Part shown: piece after piece, positions 26,753 through 36,451 of the stretch
Layout of the letters: the number at the start of each line of letters is the position of its first letter
Numbering within the stretch: position 1 is the stretch's first letter
Assembly (NCBI GenBank): GCA_965232515.1
Contig: CBDDPY010000002.1
Coordinates: forward strand, 3,872,001 to 3,936,000
Source of the DNA: Alphaproteobacteria bacterium
GTDB lineage: Bacteria > Pseudomonadota > Alphaproteobacteria > GCA-2731375
Direction: 5' to 3'
DNA length: 64,000 bases
The notes under the pieces: model-generated
Database searches by the model: none
The model's input: only the letters and a program-made list of their open reading frames with translations
Told to the model about the DNA's origin: nothing
Made by a program: the position numbers and the translations under genes

Positions 26753-28162
26753 ATGAACGAGAGGTCGATCACAACGCCAGCGCCGGACCAGGCGCAACGC
26801 CGTCCGGACGACGACATGCCCGAGCGGTTGACCGACGCGTTCCGCGCCGAGCAGCTCGCCGGCTTGCGTCTGGCGACACAGGCCCGCGTCGTCGTCATCG
26901 TGCTGGTTGCGCTATGGGTGCCGATCCAGGTCTACCGTCCCGGCGTCACGCTCTACTACGAGATCATGCTGGCGCTGTTCGCCGGCATCGGCATCTTGCA
27001 CTACACGCTTCGCAGCCGGTCGCCGGACAAGGCCTGGCTCGACTACCTGTTCGTCAGCCTGGACGTCATCCTCCTGACCTTCGCACTGGTCGCGTCGGCC
27101 TATCTGACCGAGGAAGTCTGGCCGCCGCAGGCCTATATGCGGTTCGCCAACTTCGCCTACTTCTTCGTCTTCATCGCCGTCGTCTCCTTGAGCTATTCGC
27201 CGAAGCTGATGCTCTGGGCCGGCGGCGCGATCGCCGTCTGCTGGACGATCGGCTCATATTGGGTGGCATCGCGGCCCGAGACCGTGCACTGGTTCCGCTA
27301 CGAGGGCATGGAAGAACAGCTGACCGCTGAGAGAGCGCTCGCCCTGTTCCTGGAGCCGACATTCATCGACCTTGGCGCGCGTGGCCTGGAAGTCGTCGCG
27401 ATCCTTCTTGTGACCGGCGTGTTGGCCGCTGTTGTCTGGCGGTCGCGTCGCTTGGTGATCAGCCAAGCCGCCGCGGCGCGGGAACGGACCAACCTGGCGC
27501 GCTACTTCTCACCCAACATCGTCGAAGAGCTCAGCCATGCCGACAACCCGTTGAGCGGTGAACGCGAGCAGCCGGTCGCGGTGATGTTCGTCGACATCGT
27601 CGGCTTTACCCGGCTTGCCGAACAGGCCGAGCGCGGCCGCGTGATCGAGCTGCTGCGCGAGTTCCATGCCCGGGTCGAAAGGGTTGTGTTTCAGCACGGC
27701 GGCACCCTGGACAAGTATCTCGGCGACGGTGTCATGGCGACCTTCGGCACGCCGGTCAGCGGACCGCGGGACGCGGCCAACGCGCTTGCCTGCGCGGCCG
27801 AGCTGCTACGTGTGATCGACGCCTGGAACCAGGAACGCGCGGCGCGCAATCAGCCCTTCATCGAGCTGTCGATCGGCGTCCATTACGGCACCGCCGTGCT
27901 GGGCGATATCGGCTCCGAGCGGCGTCTCGAGTTTGCCGTGCTGGGCGACGTCGTGAACGTGGCCAGCCGCCTCGAGCGTCTGACCCGCGATCTCGGTTGC
28001 CGGATCGTGATCAGCGACGATGTCGTTCACGCCGCGAACGCCACGGGCGCCGACGGTATCGGCAGATTGCTCGAGAGCTATCGGCAGGAGGCCCCGCAAC
28101 CGCTGCGGGGCCGCGATCAGCCGGTGCTGGTCTGGACCTGTCGCGAGAACGCGTCTCGATGA
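26753..28162 (+). CDS. Membrane-bound class III nucleotide (adenylate/guanylate) cyclase
   Basis: RBS GGAGGAG; about 6 TM helices; NLARYFSP, VMFVDIVGFT, DKYLGDGVMATFG, IGVHYG, GDVVNVASRLE. Confidence 0.92.
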   Translation: MNERSITTPAPDQAQRRPDDDMPERLTDAFRAEQLAGLRLATQARVVVIVLVALWVPIQVYRPGVTLYYEIMLALFAGIGILHYTLRSRSPDKAWLDYLFVSLDVILLTFALVASAYLTEEVWPPQAYMRFANFAYFFVFIAVVSLSYSPKLMLWAGGAIAVCWTIGSYWVASRPETVHWFRYEGMEEQLTAERALALFLEPTFIDLGARGLEVVAILLVTGVLAAVVWRSRRLVISQAAAARERTNLARYFSPNIVEELSHADNPLSGEREQPVAVMFVDIVGFTRLAEQAERGRVIELLREFHARVERVVFQHGGTLDKYLGDGVMATFGTPVSGPRDAANALACAAELLRVIDAWNQERAARNQPFIELSIGVHYGTAVLGDIGSERRLEFAVLGDVVNVASRLERLTRDLGCRIVISDDVVHAANATGADGIGRLLESYRQEAPQPLRGRDQPVLVWTCRENASR

Positions 28163-28164
28163 TG

Positions 28165-28881
28165 TCAGGCCTGACGACGGCGGCGGCGTGACAGCCCCGC
28201 GGTCGTCAGCAGGAACATCGACAGCAGATAGCCGGTGCCGGGTTCCGACACGACGGTGACGATATCTTCGGGTCCGGGACCGCCCGGCAGGTCATCGACG
28301 CCCGGACCGCCATCGGGATTGTCCGGATCGCCTGGGGGCAAACCGTTCGGATCTTCGCCATTCGGATCGAATCCGGGATCGCCGCCGTTCTCGCCGCCTT
28401 CTTCGCCGTCGGTGCCCGGTACGAACGCCAGCGTGTTCGAGTTGCCGCCGCCGCTGTTGCTCGACCCGAAAAAGCCACCCAATCCACCGCCGCTCACCGG
28501 CCCAAGGAACGTCAGCATCGACGGCGGCGTGCCCCTGCCGCTGGAACGCCGCGCGCCGCCGGTCCGGCCGCCCGCGGCCGAAAAGGGCTGCAGACCGAGC
28601 AGGTTGCCGCCGGCTTCGGGGTCCGTTTCTTCGTCAGCCTCGTCCAACTCGGCGTTGACCGTTTCGATGTAGCAGCGCAGGTGAACGTTATCGCCCTCGA
28701 GGACGCCGAGCTCGGACAGGCCCATGGTCACGGCCCGGGAACCCGTCGGCCACAGCGCCATCTCGTCCGCCAGCACGATTTCATAGCTCGGCGCGTGCTG
28801 GACGCCGACGAAACAGGCCGAGGCCGGCGAGGCCACGGTCGCGATCAGTCCGAAACAAATCAAAGCGGTACGGTACTTCAT
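28165..28881 (-). CDS. Exported acidic Gly/Pro-rich protein with PEP-CTERM-like (VSEP) sorting signal
   Basis: Signal peptide ending ASPASA; low-complexity G/D/P/E/N region; C-terminus VVSEPGTGYLLSMFLLTTAGLSRRRRRQA. Confidence 0.75.
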   Translation of the reverse strand: MKYRTALICFGLIATVASPASACFVGVQHAPSYEIVLADEMALWPTGSRAVTMGLSELGVLEGDNVHLRCYIETVNAELDEADEETDPEAGGNLLGLQPFSAAGGRTGGARRSSGRGTPPSMLTFLGPVSGGGLGGFFGSSNSGGGNSNTLAFVPGTDGEEGGENGGDPGFDPNGEDPNGLPPGDPDNPDGGPGVDDLPGGPGPEDIVTVVSEPGTGYLLSMFLLTTAGLSRRRRRQA

Positions 28882-29016
28882 GGCGGTCAGCGGCGCTCCA
28901 CGGTGCGGTGTCGCGCCTCCTCTAAAACTTCATGTCATGGCATCCGATGCTTGCCGTTGTTCGACGCCACCCCCGCCTCGGCAAGTCTTAACGGATTGCA
29001 AATACCTCAAATGCTC

Positions 29017-29032
29017 TGCAATTGTCACGCCA
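29017..29032 (-). promoter_or_regulatory. Putative sigma54 promoter of the VSEP-CTERM gene
   Basis: Minus strand TGGCGTG-ACAA-TTGCA with exact GG-N10-GC spacing, about 135 nt upstream of the ATG at 28881. Confidence 0.6.
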
Positions 29033-29203
29033 TTGACGCAAACCGCAGTGATTGTCGTCACTTGACCCTAGAGGTCAAAAATGCGCGGAAATCCGGGGAT
29101 TCGTGTTCCAAATCGACCGCGGTCGAGCAGATTCTTCAAAACGTCTCGTATTGAAACAGCCCAATTCCGGACACGTCGGGCGGTTCGTGGGCGCTAAGCC
29201 GCG

Positions 29204-31282
29204 TCAGCCGTGCGAAATCGGCTGTTCGACGCTTGCGTCGGCCAGCCGGTCGGTCGGCAGCCGGATCAGCGCCGTGGTGCCCTGCCCCGGCGCGCTGTCA
29301 AGCGTCAGCGTGCCCCCGTGCGCCTCGACCAATTTGAGCGTCAGCGGCAGTCCCAGACCGGTGCCCTCATGACGGTGGTCGACAGCCCCCCGCACCTGGC
29401 CGAATACGGACAGTGCGGTGGCGATTTCATCTGCCGTCATGCCGACGCCTTCGTCGCTGACGCTCAACAGCAGTCCGTTGCTGTCCGTTCGGGCCGTCAC
29501 CTTGACCTGGCTGCCCGGCGGCGAAAACTTGACGGCGTTGCTGAGCAGGTTGATGAGGATCTGGCGAATCCGCCGCTCGTCCGCCCATAAGGCCGGCAGC
29601 GCCGGCTCGATGTCGGTCGCCAGGATCACCCGACCGGAATCGGCCCGCAGTTGCACGAACAGCAGCGCGCTTTCGATCACGCCCGGCAGATTGACCGACT
29701 GCTCGCGCAGATCGAGCTTGCCGGCCTCGATCTGCGACAGGTCCAGCACGTCGTTGATCAACTCGAGCAAATGCCGGGCCGAGGTGTGGATGTCCTCGGC
29801 ATACTCCCGGAACTTCTCGATGTCGATGCCGCGCGGGTCCGGCTGCATCATCAGATCCGAGAAGCCCATGATGGCATTCAGCGGCGTGCGGAGCTCATGG
29901 CTCATATTGGCCAGAAAGCGGGACTTGGTGCGGCTGGCCGCCGCGGCCTGCCGCTCGGCCTGAACCCGCATGGCGATCTCTTCCTGCAGATCCCGCGTAC
30001 GCTCCTCGACCCGCTGCTCCAGCTTGTCGCGGGCCTCGCGCAGGGCCGTCGCCATCTGGTCGAAGGCTTCGGCCGTCTGTCGCACTTCCTTGTAGCCGCT
30101 CGGGATTCCGGTCACCGGTCCCAGCTCGCCGCGCTTCATGGCCAGCGCGTTGTCGCCCAAAGCCGAGATCGGCCGGGCGATGCTGCGCCAGAGATAGATG
30201 CCGATCACGCAGGCCAGGCCGGTGATCAGGATCGCCAGATAGACGTTGTGCAGCCGGTTTTCCTTGATGGCGCCCAGGAAATCGTCTTCCGGCACGTACA
30301 CGCCCATCAGCCACGGCCACTGCGCCGATTGAAACGGCGCGAATATGGCGTGATAGGTCATGTCGTCCAATTCGAACGAGGTCGACAACGGTTCATTCAG
30401 ATCGAAGGTGTCGGCGGGCCGGCCGATCGACAGGAAGGCGGCGCGGCTCGGTCGGTCGTCCAGCTCATCGATCCGCGGAAAGCGCAGTGATCGGCCGGCG
30501 CCGCCGGCCGGCATTTGAAGTTTGGTCAGATTGGGAAATGCGATGACGTCGCCGTTCCGGTTCATGATAAAGGCGGAACCGTTCTGGCCGACTTTCTGTC
30601 GCGCCAAAAACTGTGAGATCTCGGCGATCTCGATATCGACGCCGACCACGCCGTAGATCTCGCCATTCCTGTCCAGCACCGGGCTGGCCGTGGTGATGCC
30701 GGGATTACCCGAGGCATAGAAGATGTAGGGATCCGTCCAGATCAGCGTCTCTTTTTCGACCGCGCGCTGGAACCACGGTCGGTTCCGCGGATCGTATTTG
30801 TCGGTCGGGTCGATCCGCGATCCCAGCTCTTTGAACGCGATGTCGCGATCGAGCAGCTCGACCTTCGTCTCGGCCTCAGACCGGCTGACGATTTTCGTTT
30901 GAAAGACGGCCGGCTCGCTCCCCTCGATCCGCCGGACGAACAGAAAACTGCCGTCGACGCCGCCGAAATAAAGCCCCGAGAACTGCCCGTAGAGGCGGAG
31001 CTGCTCGTAGAAGTATCGCTCCATGGCGCTCGGATTGTCGCGGGTCAGGATGGCGTTGTCGGCCAGCCGCTGCGTCAGGTCCGCCGCAACCTGGGCCGAG
31101 CTCAAGAACCGCTCCGAGCGGTCGATGGTGTCGGCCGCCACCGACTCCATCAGCTGGCGTACGTGCCCCAGAAAGACGCGCTCGGTCGTGATATAGGACC
31201 AGACCAGGATCGCGGTAACGGTCACGACCTCAAGGCCGATGATACCCGCGATGAGCACACGCTTTATCGATAGCGAGGTCAT
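29204..31282 (-). CDS. Sensor histidine kinase (dCache-HAMP-HisKA-HATPase)
   Basis: Two TM helices flanking YDPRNRPWF..WTDPYIF..GITTASPV; FLANMSHELRTPLNAI, NLLSNAVKF, GTGLGL. Confidence 0.92.
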   Translation of the reverse strand: MTSLSIKRVLIAGIIGLEVVTVTAILVWSYITTERVFLGHVRQLMESVAADTIDRSERFLSSAQVAADLTQRLADNAILTRDNPSAMERYFYEQLRLYGQFSGLYFGGVDGSFLFVRRIEGSEPAVFQTKIVSRSEAETKVELLDRDIAFKELGSRIDPTDKYDPRNRPWFQRAVEKETLIWTDPYIFYASGNPGITTASPVLDRNGEIYGVVGVDIEIAEISQFLARQKVGQNGSAFIMNRNGDVIAFPNLTKLQMPAGGAGRSLRFPRIDELDDRPSRAAFLSIGRPADTFDLNEPLSTSFELDDMTYHAIFAPFQSAQWPWLMGVYVPEDDFLGAIKENRLHNVYLAILITGLACVIGIYLWRSIARPISALGDNALAMKRGELGPVTGIPSGYKEVRQTAEAFDQMATALREARDKLEQRVEERTRDLQEEIAMRVQAERQAAAASRTKSRFLANMSHELRTPLNAIMGFSDLMMQPDPRGIDIEKFREYAEDIHTSARHLLELINDVLDLSQIEAGKLDLREQSVNLPGVIESALLFVQLRADSGRVILATDIEPALPALWADERRIRQILINLLSNAVKFSPPGSQVKVTARTDSNGLLLSVSDEGVGMTADEIATALSVFGQVRGAVDHRHEGTGLGLPLTLKLVEAHGGTLTLDSAPGQGTTALIRLPTDRLADASVEQPISHG

Positions 31283-31519
31283 GACCCCCACACTCTAGAC
31301 GAACAGGCCCAAGGATATAACTGCCGCCCTAACGCGACCGCGTCGAGGTCCGACCATATCGGTCTGGCACGCGAATGCAATTATAACAGGGTCAAACGAT
31401 CGCGACCGCCGTTTCTGCAGCAGGTCACTACAGCCCGATTGATCGCGCCGTCGAGAGGCGTATCAGGGCGCAGTCAAATCAATTGGATGGTTGAAATCGG
31501 CCGGTGGTGAGCTGGGATA

Positions 31520-31658
31520 CCGTCGGCTCCGTCCTCTTACGCCAGGGCTTCGGCCTTCGCCGACCGAAAGTCGGCTTCTGCCGACTGAAGGTCGGAGGAC
31601 ACACCTTCGTCTAACGATCTCCGGGTGGCCTGCCACCCGAAGCCCGCAGGGCGAAGGG
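31520..31658. repeat. Palindromic REP/MITE-like element abutting the tRNA 3' end
   Basis: Clustered hairpins CCGACCGAAAGTCGG, CCGACTGAAGGTCGG, CGGGTGGCCTGCCACCCG and GCCCGCAGGGC. Confidence 0.5.
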
Positions 31659-31734
<76 letters not shown>

Positions 31735-31845
31735 ACGGAGTAACTCTTCGACCCGACGCATTGCGGCGGCCGGAACGCCCGCGAACCTATGCACGCCGCG
31801 CGTCGCTTTCAAGTGGAAATTACGATAGACGCGGGGCGGCCGCGG

Positions 31846-32283
31846 CTACTTTGTAAGCTCGTCGTCCACGCCGTCACCCGTATCGACGATTCCCTTCACG
31901 TCATCGTCGTCGTCATCGTTCTCCGCCGCCAATACCGTGTCGTCCTCGTCGTCGTCATCTTCGATGTCGACATCGATATCGTCGTTGTCGACCAATGAGG
32001 TATCGACATCTTCGGAAGCGGTTTCCTCGGCGTCGTCGTCCCCATCGTCGAGCAGGAGATCTTCCTCCTGCTCCGCGGCGTCGTCATCGGGCTCGGCGAC
32101 GACGACTGGCTTGGCGGCCGGTTTCGGTTTGGCTTCGGTGCGTGACCGGCGCGACTTGACCGCCGGTTCCGGCTCGACGGTGGCGCCGCAGCTCGGACAA
32201 ACGATCGGATCGCGCTGAAAGTCGTAGAACACCGTCGCGCAACTCTGGCAGGTTCGTTTGCTGCCCCATTCTGGCTTGGCCAC
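31846..32283 (-). CDS. TIGR02300 (FYDLN_acid) family protein
   Basis: MAKPEWGSKRTCQSCATVFYDF..PIVCPSCG followed by a long acidic tail; conserved between tRNA-Ala and aroA. Confidence 0.92.
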   Translation of the reverse strand: MAKPEWGSKRTCQSCATVFYDFQRDPIVCPSCGATVEPEPAVKSRRSRTEAKPKPAAKPVVVAEPDDDAAEQEEDLLLDDGDDDAEETASEDVDTSLVDNDDIDVDIEDDDDEDDTVLAAENDDDDDDVKGIVDTGDGVDDELTK

Positions 32284-32455
32284 GTTATCCCTTCCCCGTC
32301 AAAGGTGCCTGTGCCTGAACGGCGCGCAATTGCCATGGCTTTTCGGTCCTGTCAAATGGAATTGCGCGGAAATCTCGGCGATCGACAATTGGCGGGCGCG
32401 GGCCGGCTATGATAGGGAACCGCAACGCCAATTCCTTTTCCGGCAAAACAACCCG

Positions 32456-33790
32456 ATGCCCGCCCTGATCTCGTCGCCCGCTTCCTCGTTTGCCGGCACC
32501 ATTACCGTGCCCGGCGACAAGTCGATCTCGCATCGCGCGCTGATGCTGGGCGGGCTGACCGTCGGCACGACCCGCGTTCACGGTCTGCTGGAGGGCGAGG
32601 ACGTGCTTTGCACCGCCCAGGCGATGCGCGCTTACGGCGCCAGGATCGTGCGCGGCGATGACGACGTCTGGCAAATTGACGGCGTCGGGGTCGGTGGTCT
32701 CGCCGAGCCGGAGGACGTGATCGACCTCGGCAATTCCGGCACCGGCGCCAGGTTGCTGATCGGCCTCGCCGCCAGCCATCCGGTGACCAGCATCTTCACC
32801 GGTGACGCCTCGCTCAGGCGCCGGCCGATGCGCCGGGTGACCGAGCCGTTGCGGCAGATTGGCGCCGGCTTCGTGGGCCGCGACGGCGACCGGCTGCCGA
32901 TTGCCGTGACCGGCGCCGCGAGTCCGATGCCCATCGAATACCGCACGCCGATGGCGTCGGCCCAGGTGAAGTCGGCCGTTCTGCTGGCCGGTCTCAACGC
33001 ACCGGGTGAAACCGCCGTGATCGAAGCGACGCCGACCCGCGATCACAGCGAGCACCTGCTGCGGCATTTCGGCGCGCAAGTCGCGGTGACCGAGATGCCG
33101 GACGGCGCCCGCCGGATCGCCGTGACCGGCCAACCGGAGTTGACGCCGGCCGAGGTTCGGGTGCCGGGCGATCCGTCGTCGGCGGCCTTCCCGATCGTCG
33201 CCGCCCTGTTGACGCCCGGCGCCGATATCACCATCCGGAACGTCGGTATCAATCCCCTGCGGGCCGGCCTGCTGACCACGCTGCAGGAAATGGGCGGCGA
33301 CATCGAGCTGACGAACCGGCGCGAGCAGCAGTTCGAGCCCGTCGCCGATATCCGGGTCAAGGGCAGCGAGCTCAGCGCCATCGCCGTGCCGCCGGAGCGG
33401 GCGGCCTCGATGATCGACGAATATCCGGTGCTGGCCGTGGCCGCGGCCGCCGCTGCCGGCAAGACCGAGCTGCGCGGCCTGGCCGAGCTGCGCGTCAAGG
33501 AGAGTGACCGGATCGCGGCCGTGGCGACGGGACTGTCCGCGCTCGGCGTGCCGTTGCAGGAACTGGAGGATGGCCTGATCATCGAGGGCAGCGGCAGCCG
33601 GCCGCCATCCGGCAATCAGCAGGTCACCGTGGCCACCGAGATGGACCACCGCATCGCCATGTCGTTCCTGGTCTACGGCATGGCCGCGCGCACATCGGTC
33701 GGCATCGACGATGCCGGCGTGATCGACACCAGCTTTCCCGGCTTCGTCGGCCTGATGAACATGCTCGGCGCCCGCATATCCACGCCATGA
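32456..33790 (+). CDS. aroA: 3-phosphoshikimate 1-carboxyvinyltransferase
   Basis: PGDKSISHR, LGNSGTG, ASAQVKSAVLLAG, RDHSE, ELRVKESDRI, DHRIAMSF. Confidence 0.97.
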   Translation: MPALISSPASSFAGTITVPGDKSISHRALMLGGLTVGTTRVHGLLEGEDVLCTAQAMRAYGARIVRGDDDVWQIDGVGVGGLAEPEDVIDLGNSGTGARLLIGLAASHPVTSIFTGDASLRRRPMRRVTEPLRQIGAGFVGRDGDRLPIAVTGAASPMPIEYRTPMASAQVKSAVLLAGLNAPGETAVIEATPTRDHSEHLLRHFGAQVAVTEMPDGARRIAVTGQPELTPAEVRVPGDPSSAAFPIVAALLTPGADITIRNVGINPLRAGLLTTLQEMGGDIELTNRREQQFEPVADIRVKGSELSAIAVPPERAASMIDEYPVLAVAAAAAAGKTELRGLAELRVKESDRIAAVATGLSALGVPLQELEDGLIIEGSGSRPPSGNQQVTVATEMDHRIAMSFLVYGMAARTSVGIDDAGVIDTSFPGFVGLMNMLGARISTP

Positions 33791-34428
33791 TTATCACCGT
33801 CGACGGGCCGGTCGCGGCCGGCAAGGGCACGCTGGCGCGCCGCCTGGCCGAGCGCTTCGGCTACGGCTATCTGGATACCGGCAGCATCTATCGGGCCGTG
33901 GCCCTGCGCCTGCTCAGGGCGGATACGGACCTGGACGATACCGATGCCGCCGTTGCCGCGGCCAGATCCCTCGACGAGTCCGACCTGGCCGATCCGGCCC
34001 TGCGCGACGAGGCCACCGGCGACGCCGCCAGCCACATCGCCGCGCAGCCCGCCGTCCGGGCGGCCCTGCTGGCGTTCCAGCGCGCCTTCGCCGCCAATCC
34101 GCCGGCCGGCAAGGCCGGCGCCGTGCTCGATGGCCGCGATATCGGCACCGTGGTCTGCCCGCGGGCCGACGTGAAACTGTTCGTCACCGCCAGCGCCGAA
34201 GCCAGGGCCGAACGCCGCCATGCCGAGCTGCGCCAGCGTGGCGTCGAGGTCAGCTATAACGAGGTGCTGGGCGACCTGCGCCGGCGCGACGCCCGCGACA
34301 GCGAACGCGGCGTTTCGCCTCTGCGTCCGGCCGACGACGCCCACTTGCTCGACACCACGAATTTGTCTATAGAAGCGGCCTTTAAGGCGGCTTGCGACAT
34401 CGTGGCTGGCAAACAAGCCTCGACATAG
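33787..34428 (+). CDS. cmk: Cytidylate kinase
   Basis: DGPVAAGKGT, LDTGSIYR, LDGRDIGTVVCP, RRDARDSER. Confidence 0.96.
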   Translation: MIITVDGPVAAGKGTLARRLAERFGYGYLDTGSIYRAVALRLLRADTDLDDTDAAVAAARSLDESDLADPALRDEATGDAASHIAAQPAVRAALLAFQRAFAANPPAGKAGAVLDGRDIGTVVCPRADVKLFVTASAEARAERRHAELRQRGVEVSYNEVLGDLRRRDARDSERGVSPLRPADDAHLLDTTNLSIEAAFKAACDIVAGKQAST

Positions 34429-34575
34429 GACGCCGCCGAACGTCAACCCGACAGTCCGGGCCCTCCGAATGACGGTCTCGATCGCCAAAATCGAGGGGCC
34501 GGGTCATGCAACGTTCCAAGACCACCGGAACCAACCGGTTGGCCGGAATACCAACGAAGACTAGGAGACCATTGA

Positions 34576-36402
34576 ATGAGCCAGGCCGACGTCGCCGACA
34601 GCCAGGACGGCACGCCCGATCTTCCGACCTCGACCGAGGATTTCGAGGCGCTGCTCGAAGAAAGTTTCATCGCCCAGGACAACCTTGAGGGCAAGGTCGT
34701 CAAGGGCACCGTCGTCGCCATTGAGAACGACGCCGCGATCATCGATGTGGGCCTGAAAACCGAAGGCCGCATCGCCATGCGCGAGTTCGCCAAGGCCGGC
34801 GAAGACAAGGACCTGAAGGCCGGCGACCAGATCGACGTCTTCCTGGAGCGCATCGAGAACGCGCTCGGGGACGCCGTGCTGAGCCGCGACAAGGCCCGCC
34901 GCGAGGAGGCCTGGAACCACCTCGAAGTGGCCTTCAACAAGAACGAGCGCACCGAGGGCTTCATCGTCGGCCGCGTCAAGGGCGGCTTCACGGTCGACCT
35001 CTCAGGCGCCATCGCCTTCCTGCCCGGCAGCCAGGTGGACATCCGTCCGGTGCGGGACATCACGCCGCTGATGGGCTCGAAGCAGCCGTTCCAGATCCTG
35101 AAGATGGACCGCCGGCGCGGCAACATCGTGGTATCCCGCCGCGCCGTGCTGGAAGAAACCCGCGCCGAGCAGCGCTCGGAGCTCGTCGCCAACCTGACCG
35201 AGGGCCAGGTGCTGGAAGGCGTGGTCAAGAACATCACCGACTACGGCGCCTTCGTCGACCTGGGCGGCGTCGACGGCCTGCTGCACGTCACCGACATGTC
35301 CTGGCGCCGCGTCAACCACCCGACCGAGGTGCTGAGCATCGGCGAAACCGTCAAGGTCCAGGTCATCAAGGTGAACCCGGAGACCCAGCGCATCAGCCTC
35401 GGCATGAAGCAGCTCGAGGCCGACCCCTGGGACGGCGTCGAGGCGAAATACCCGCAGCGGACCAAGTTCCGCGGCCGGGTCACCAACATCACCGACTACG
35501 GCGCCTTCGTCGAGCTGGAGCCGGGCGTCGAGGGTCTGGTGCACGTGTCCGAGATGAGCTGGACCAAGAAAAACGTGCATCCCGGCAAGATCGTTTCGAC
35601 CAGCCAGGAGGTCGAGGTCATGGTGCTGGAGGTCGACCCCGACAAGCGCCGCATCAGCCTTGGCCTCAAGCAGTGCCTGGACAACCCGTGGGAGAGCTTC
35701 GCCGCCACGCATCCGGCCGGCAACACGGTCGAGGGCGAGGTCAAGAACATCACCGAGTTCGGCCTGTTCGTCGGCCTCGATTTCGACCTCGACGGCATGG
35801 TGCATATGTCCGACATCTCCTGGGAGCGCTCGGGCGAAGACGCCATCGCCGAGTTCAAGAAGGGCGATGTGGTCAAGGCCAAGGTGCTCGACATCGACAC
35901 CGAGAAAGAGCGCATTAGCCTCGGCATCAAGCAGCTCGGCGACGATCCGTTCGGCGCCGCCGATACGCTCAAGCGCGGCGATATCGTCACCTGCACGGTG
36001 GCCAATATCCTCGACAACGGCATCGAGGTGTCGGTCGCCGACGGCCTGCGCGGCTTCATCCGCAAGGCCGAGCTGGCGCGCGACCGGTCCGAGCAGAAGC
36101 CGGAGCGCTTCGCGGTCGGCGACAAGATCGACGCCCGGATCAGCAGCATCGACCGCGCCAAGCGCAGCATCACGCTGTCGATCAAGGCGCGCGAGATCGC
36201 CGAGGAGAAGGAGGCCGTCGAGCAGTACGGCTCGTCCGACTCCGGCGCCAGCCTGGGCGACATCCTGGGCGCCGCGATCAGCCGCGCCCGTCAGCAGGCC
36301 AGCGACAAGGCCGAAGCCGAAGCCAGCGGCGATGGCGACAGCGATGGCGATGGCGACAGCGATGGCGACGACGACGCGGAGAGCAAGAAGGACGACGCCT
36401 GA
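34576..36402 (+). CDS. rpsA: 30S ribosomal protein S1
   Basis: Six S1 repeats (VKNITDYGAFVDLGG, GLVHVSEMSW), YGSSDSGASLGDILG; acidic tail containing an 18-bp tandem repeat. Confidence 0.98.
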   Translation: MSQADVADSQDGTPDLPTSTEDFEALLEESFIAQDNLEGKVVKGTVVAIENDAAIIDVGLKTEGRIAMREFAKAGEDKDLKAGDQIDVFLERIENALGDAVLSRDKARREEAWNHLEVAFNKNERTEGFIVGRVKGGFTVDLSGAIAFLPGSQVDIRPVRDITPLMGSKQPFQILKMDRRRGNIVVSRRAVLEETRAEQRSELVANLTEGQVLEGVVKNITDYGAFVDLGGVDGLLHVTDMSWRRVNHPTEVLSIGETVKVQVIKVNPETQRISLGMKQLEADPWDGVEAKYPQRTKFRGRVTNITDYGAFVELEPGVEGLVHVSEMSWTKKNVHPGKIVSTSQEVEVMVLEVDPDKRRISLGLKQCLDNPWESFAATHPAGNTVEGEVKNITEFGLFVGLDFDLDGMVHMSDISWERSGEDAIAEFKKGDVVKAKVLDIDTEKERISLGIKQLGDDPFGAADTLKRGDIVTCTVANILDNGIEVSVADGLRGFIRKAELARDRSEQKPERFAVGDKIDARISSIDRAKRSITLSIKAREIAEEKEAVEQYGSSDSGASLGDILGAAISRARQQASDKAEAEASGDGDSDGDGDSDGDDDAESKKDDA

Positions 36403-36451
36403 TTGCGGTCGCTCGATATCGGGGCCCGCGGCTTAAGGCGCGGTTGACGGT

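Noticed and set aside
28810-28881. ASAC as a lipoprotein lipobox in the second VSEP protein
   Set aside because: The -3 residue is Ala rather than Leu/Val/Ile and ASA fits a signal peptidase I site; not fully excluded.
31365-31380. TGGCACGCGAATGCAA as a sigma54 promoter
   Set aside because: GG to GC spacing is 9 nt, not the required 10, and no gene lies downstream on that strand.
36328-36363. 18-bp tandem repeat (GDGDSD x2) in the rpsA tail
   Set aside because: Low-complexity acidic tail; only two copies and no spacers, so not CRISPR-like.
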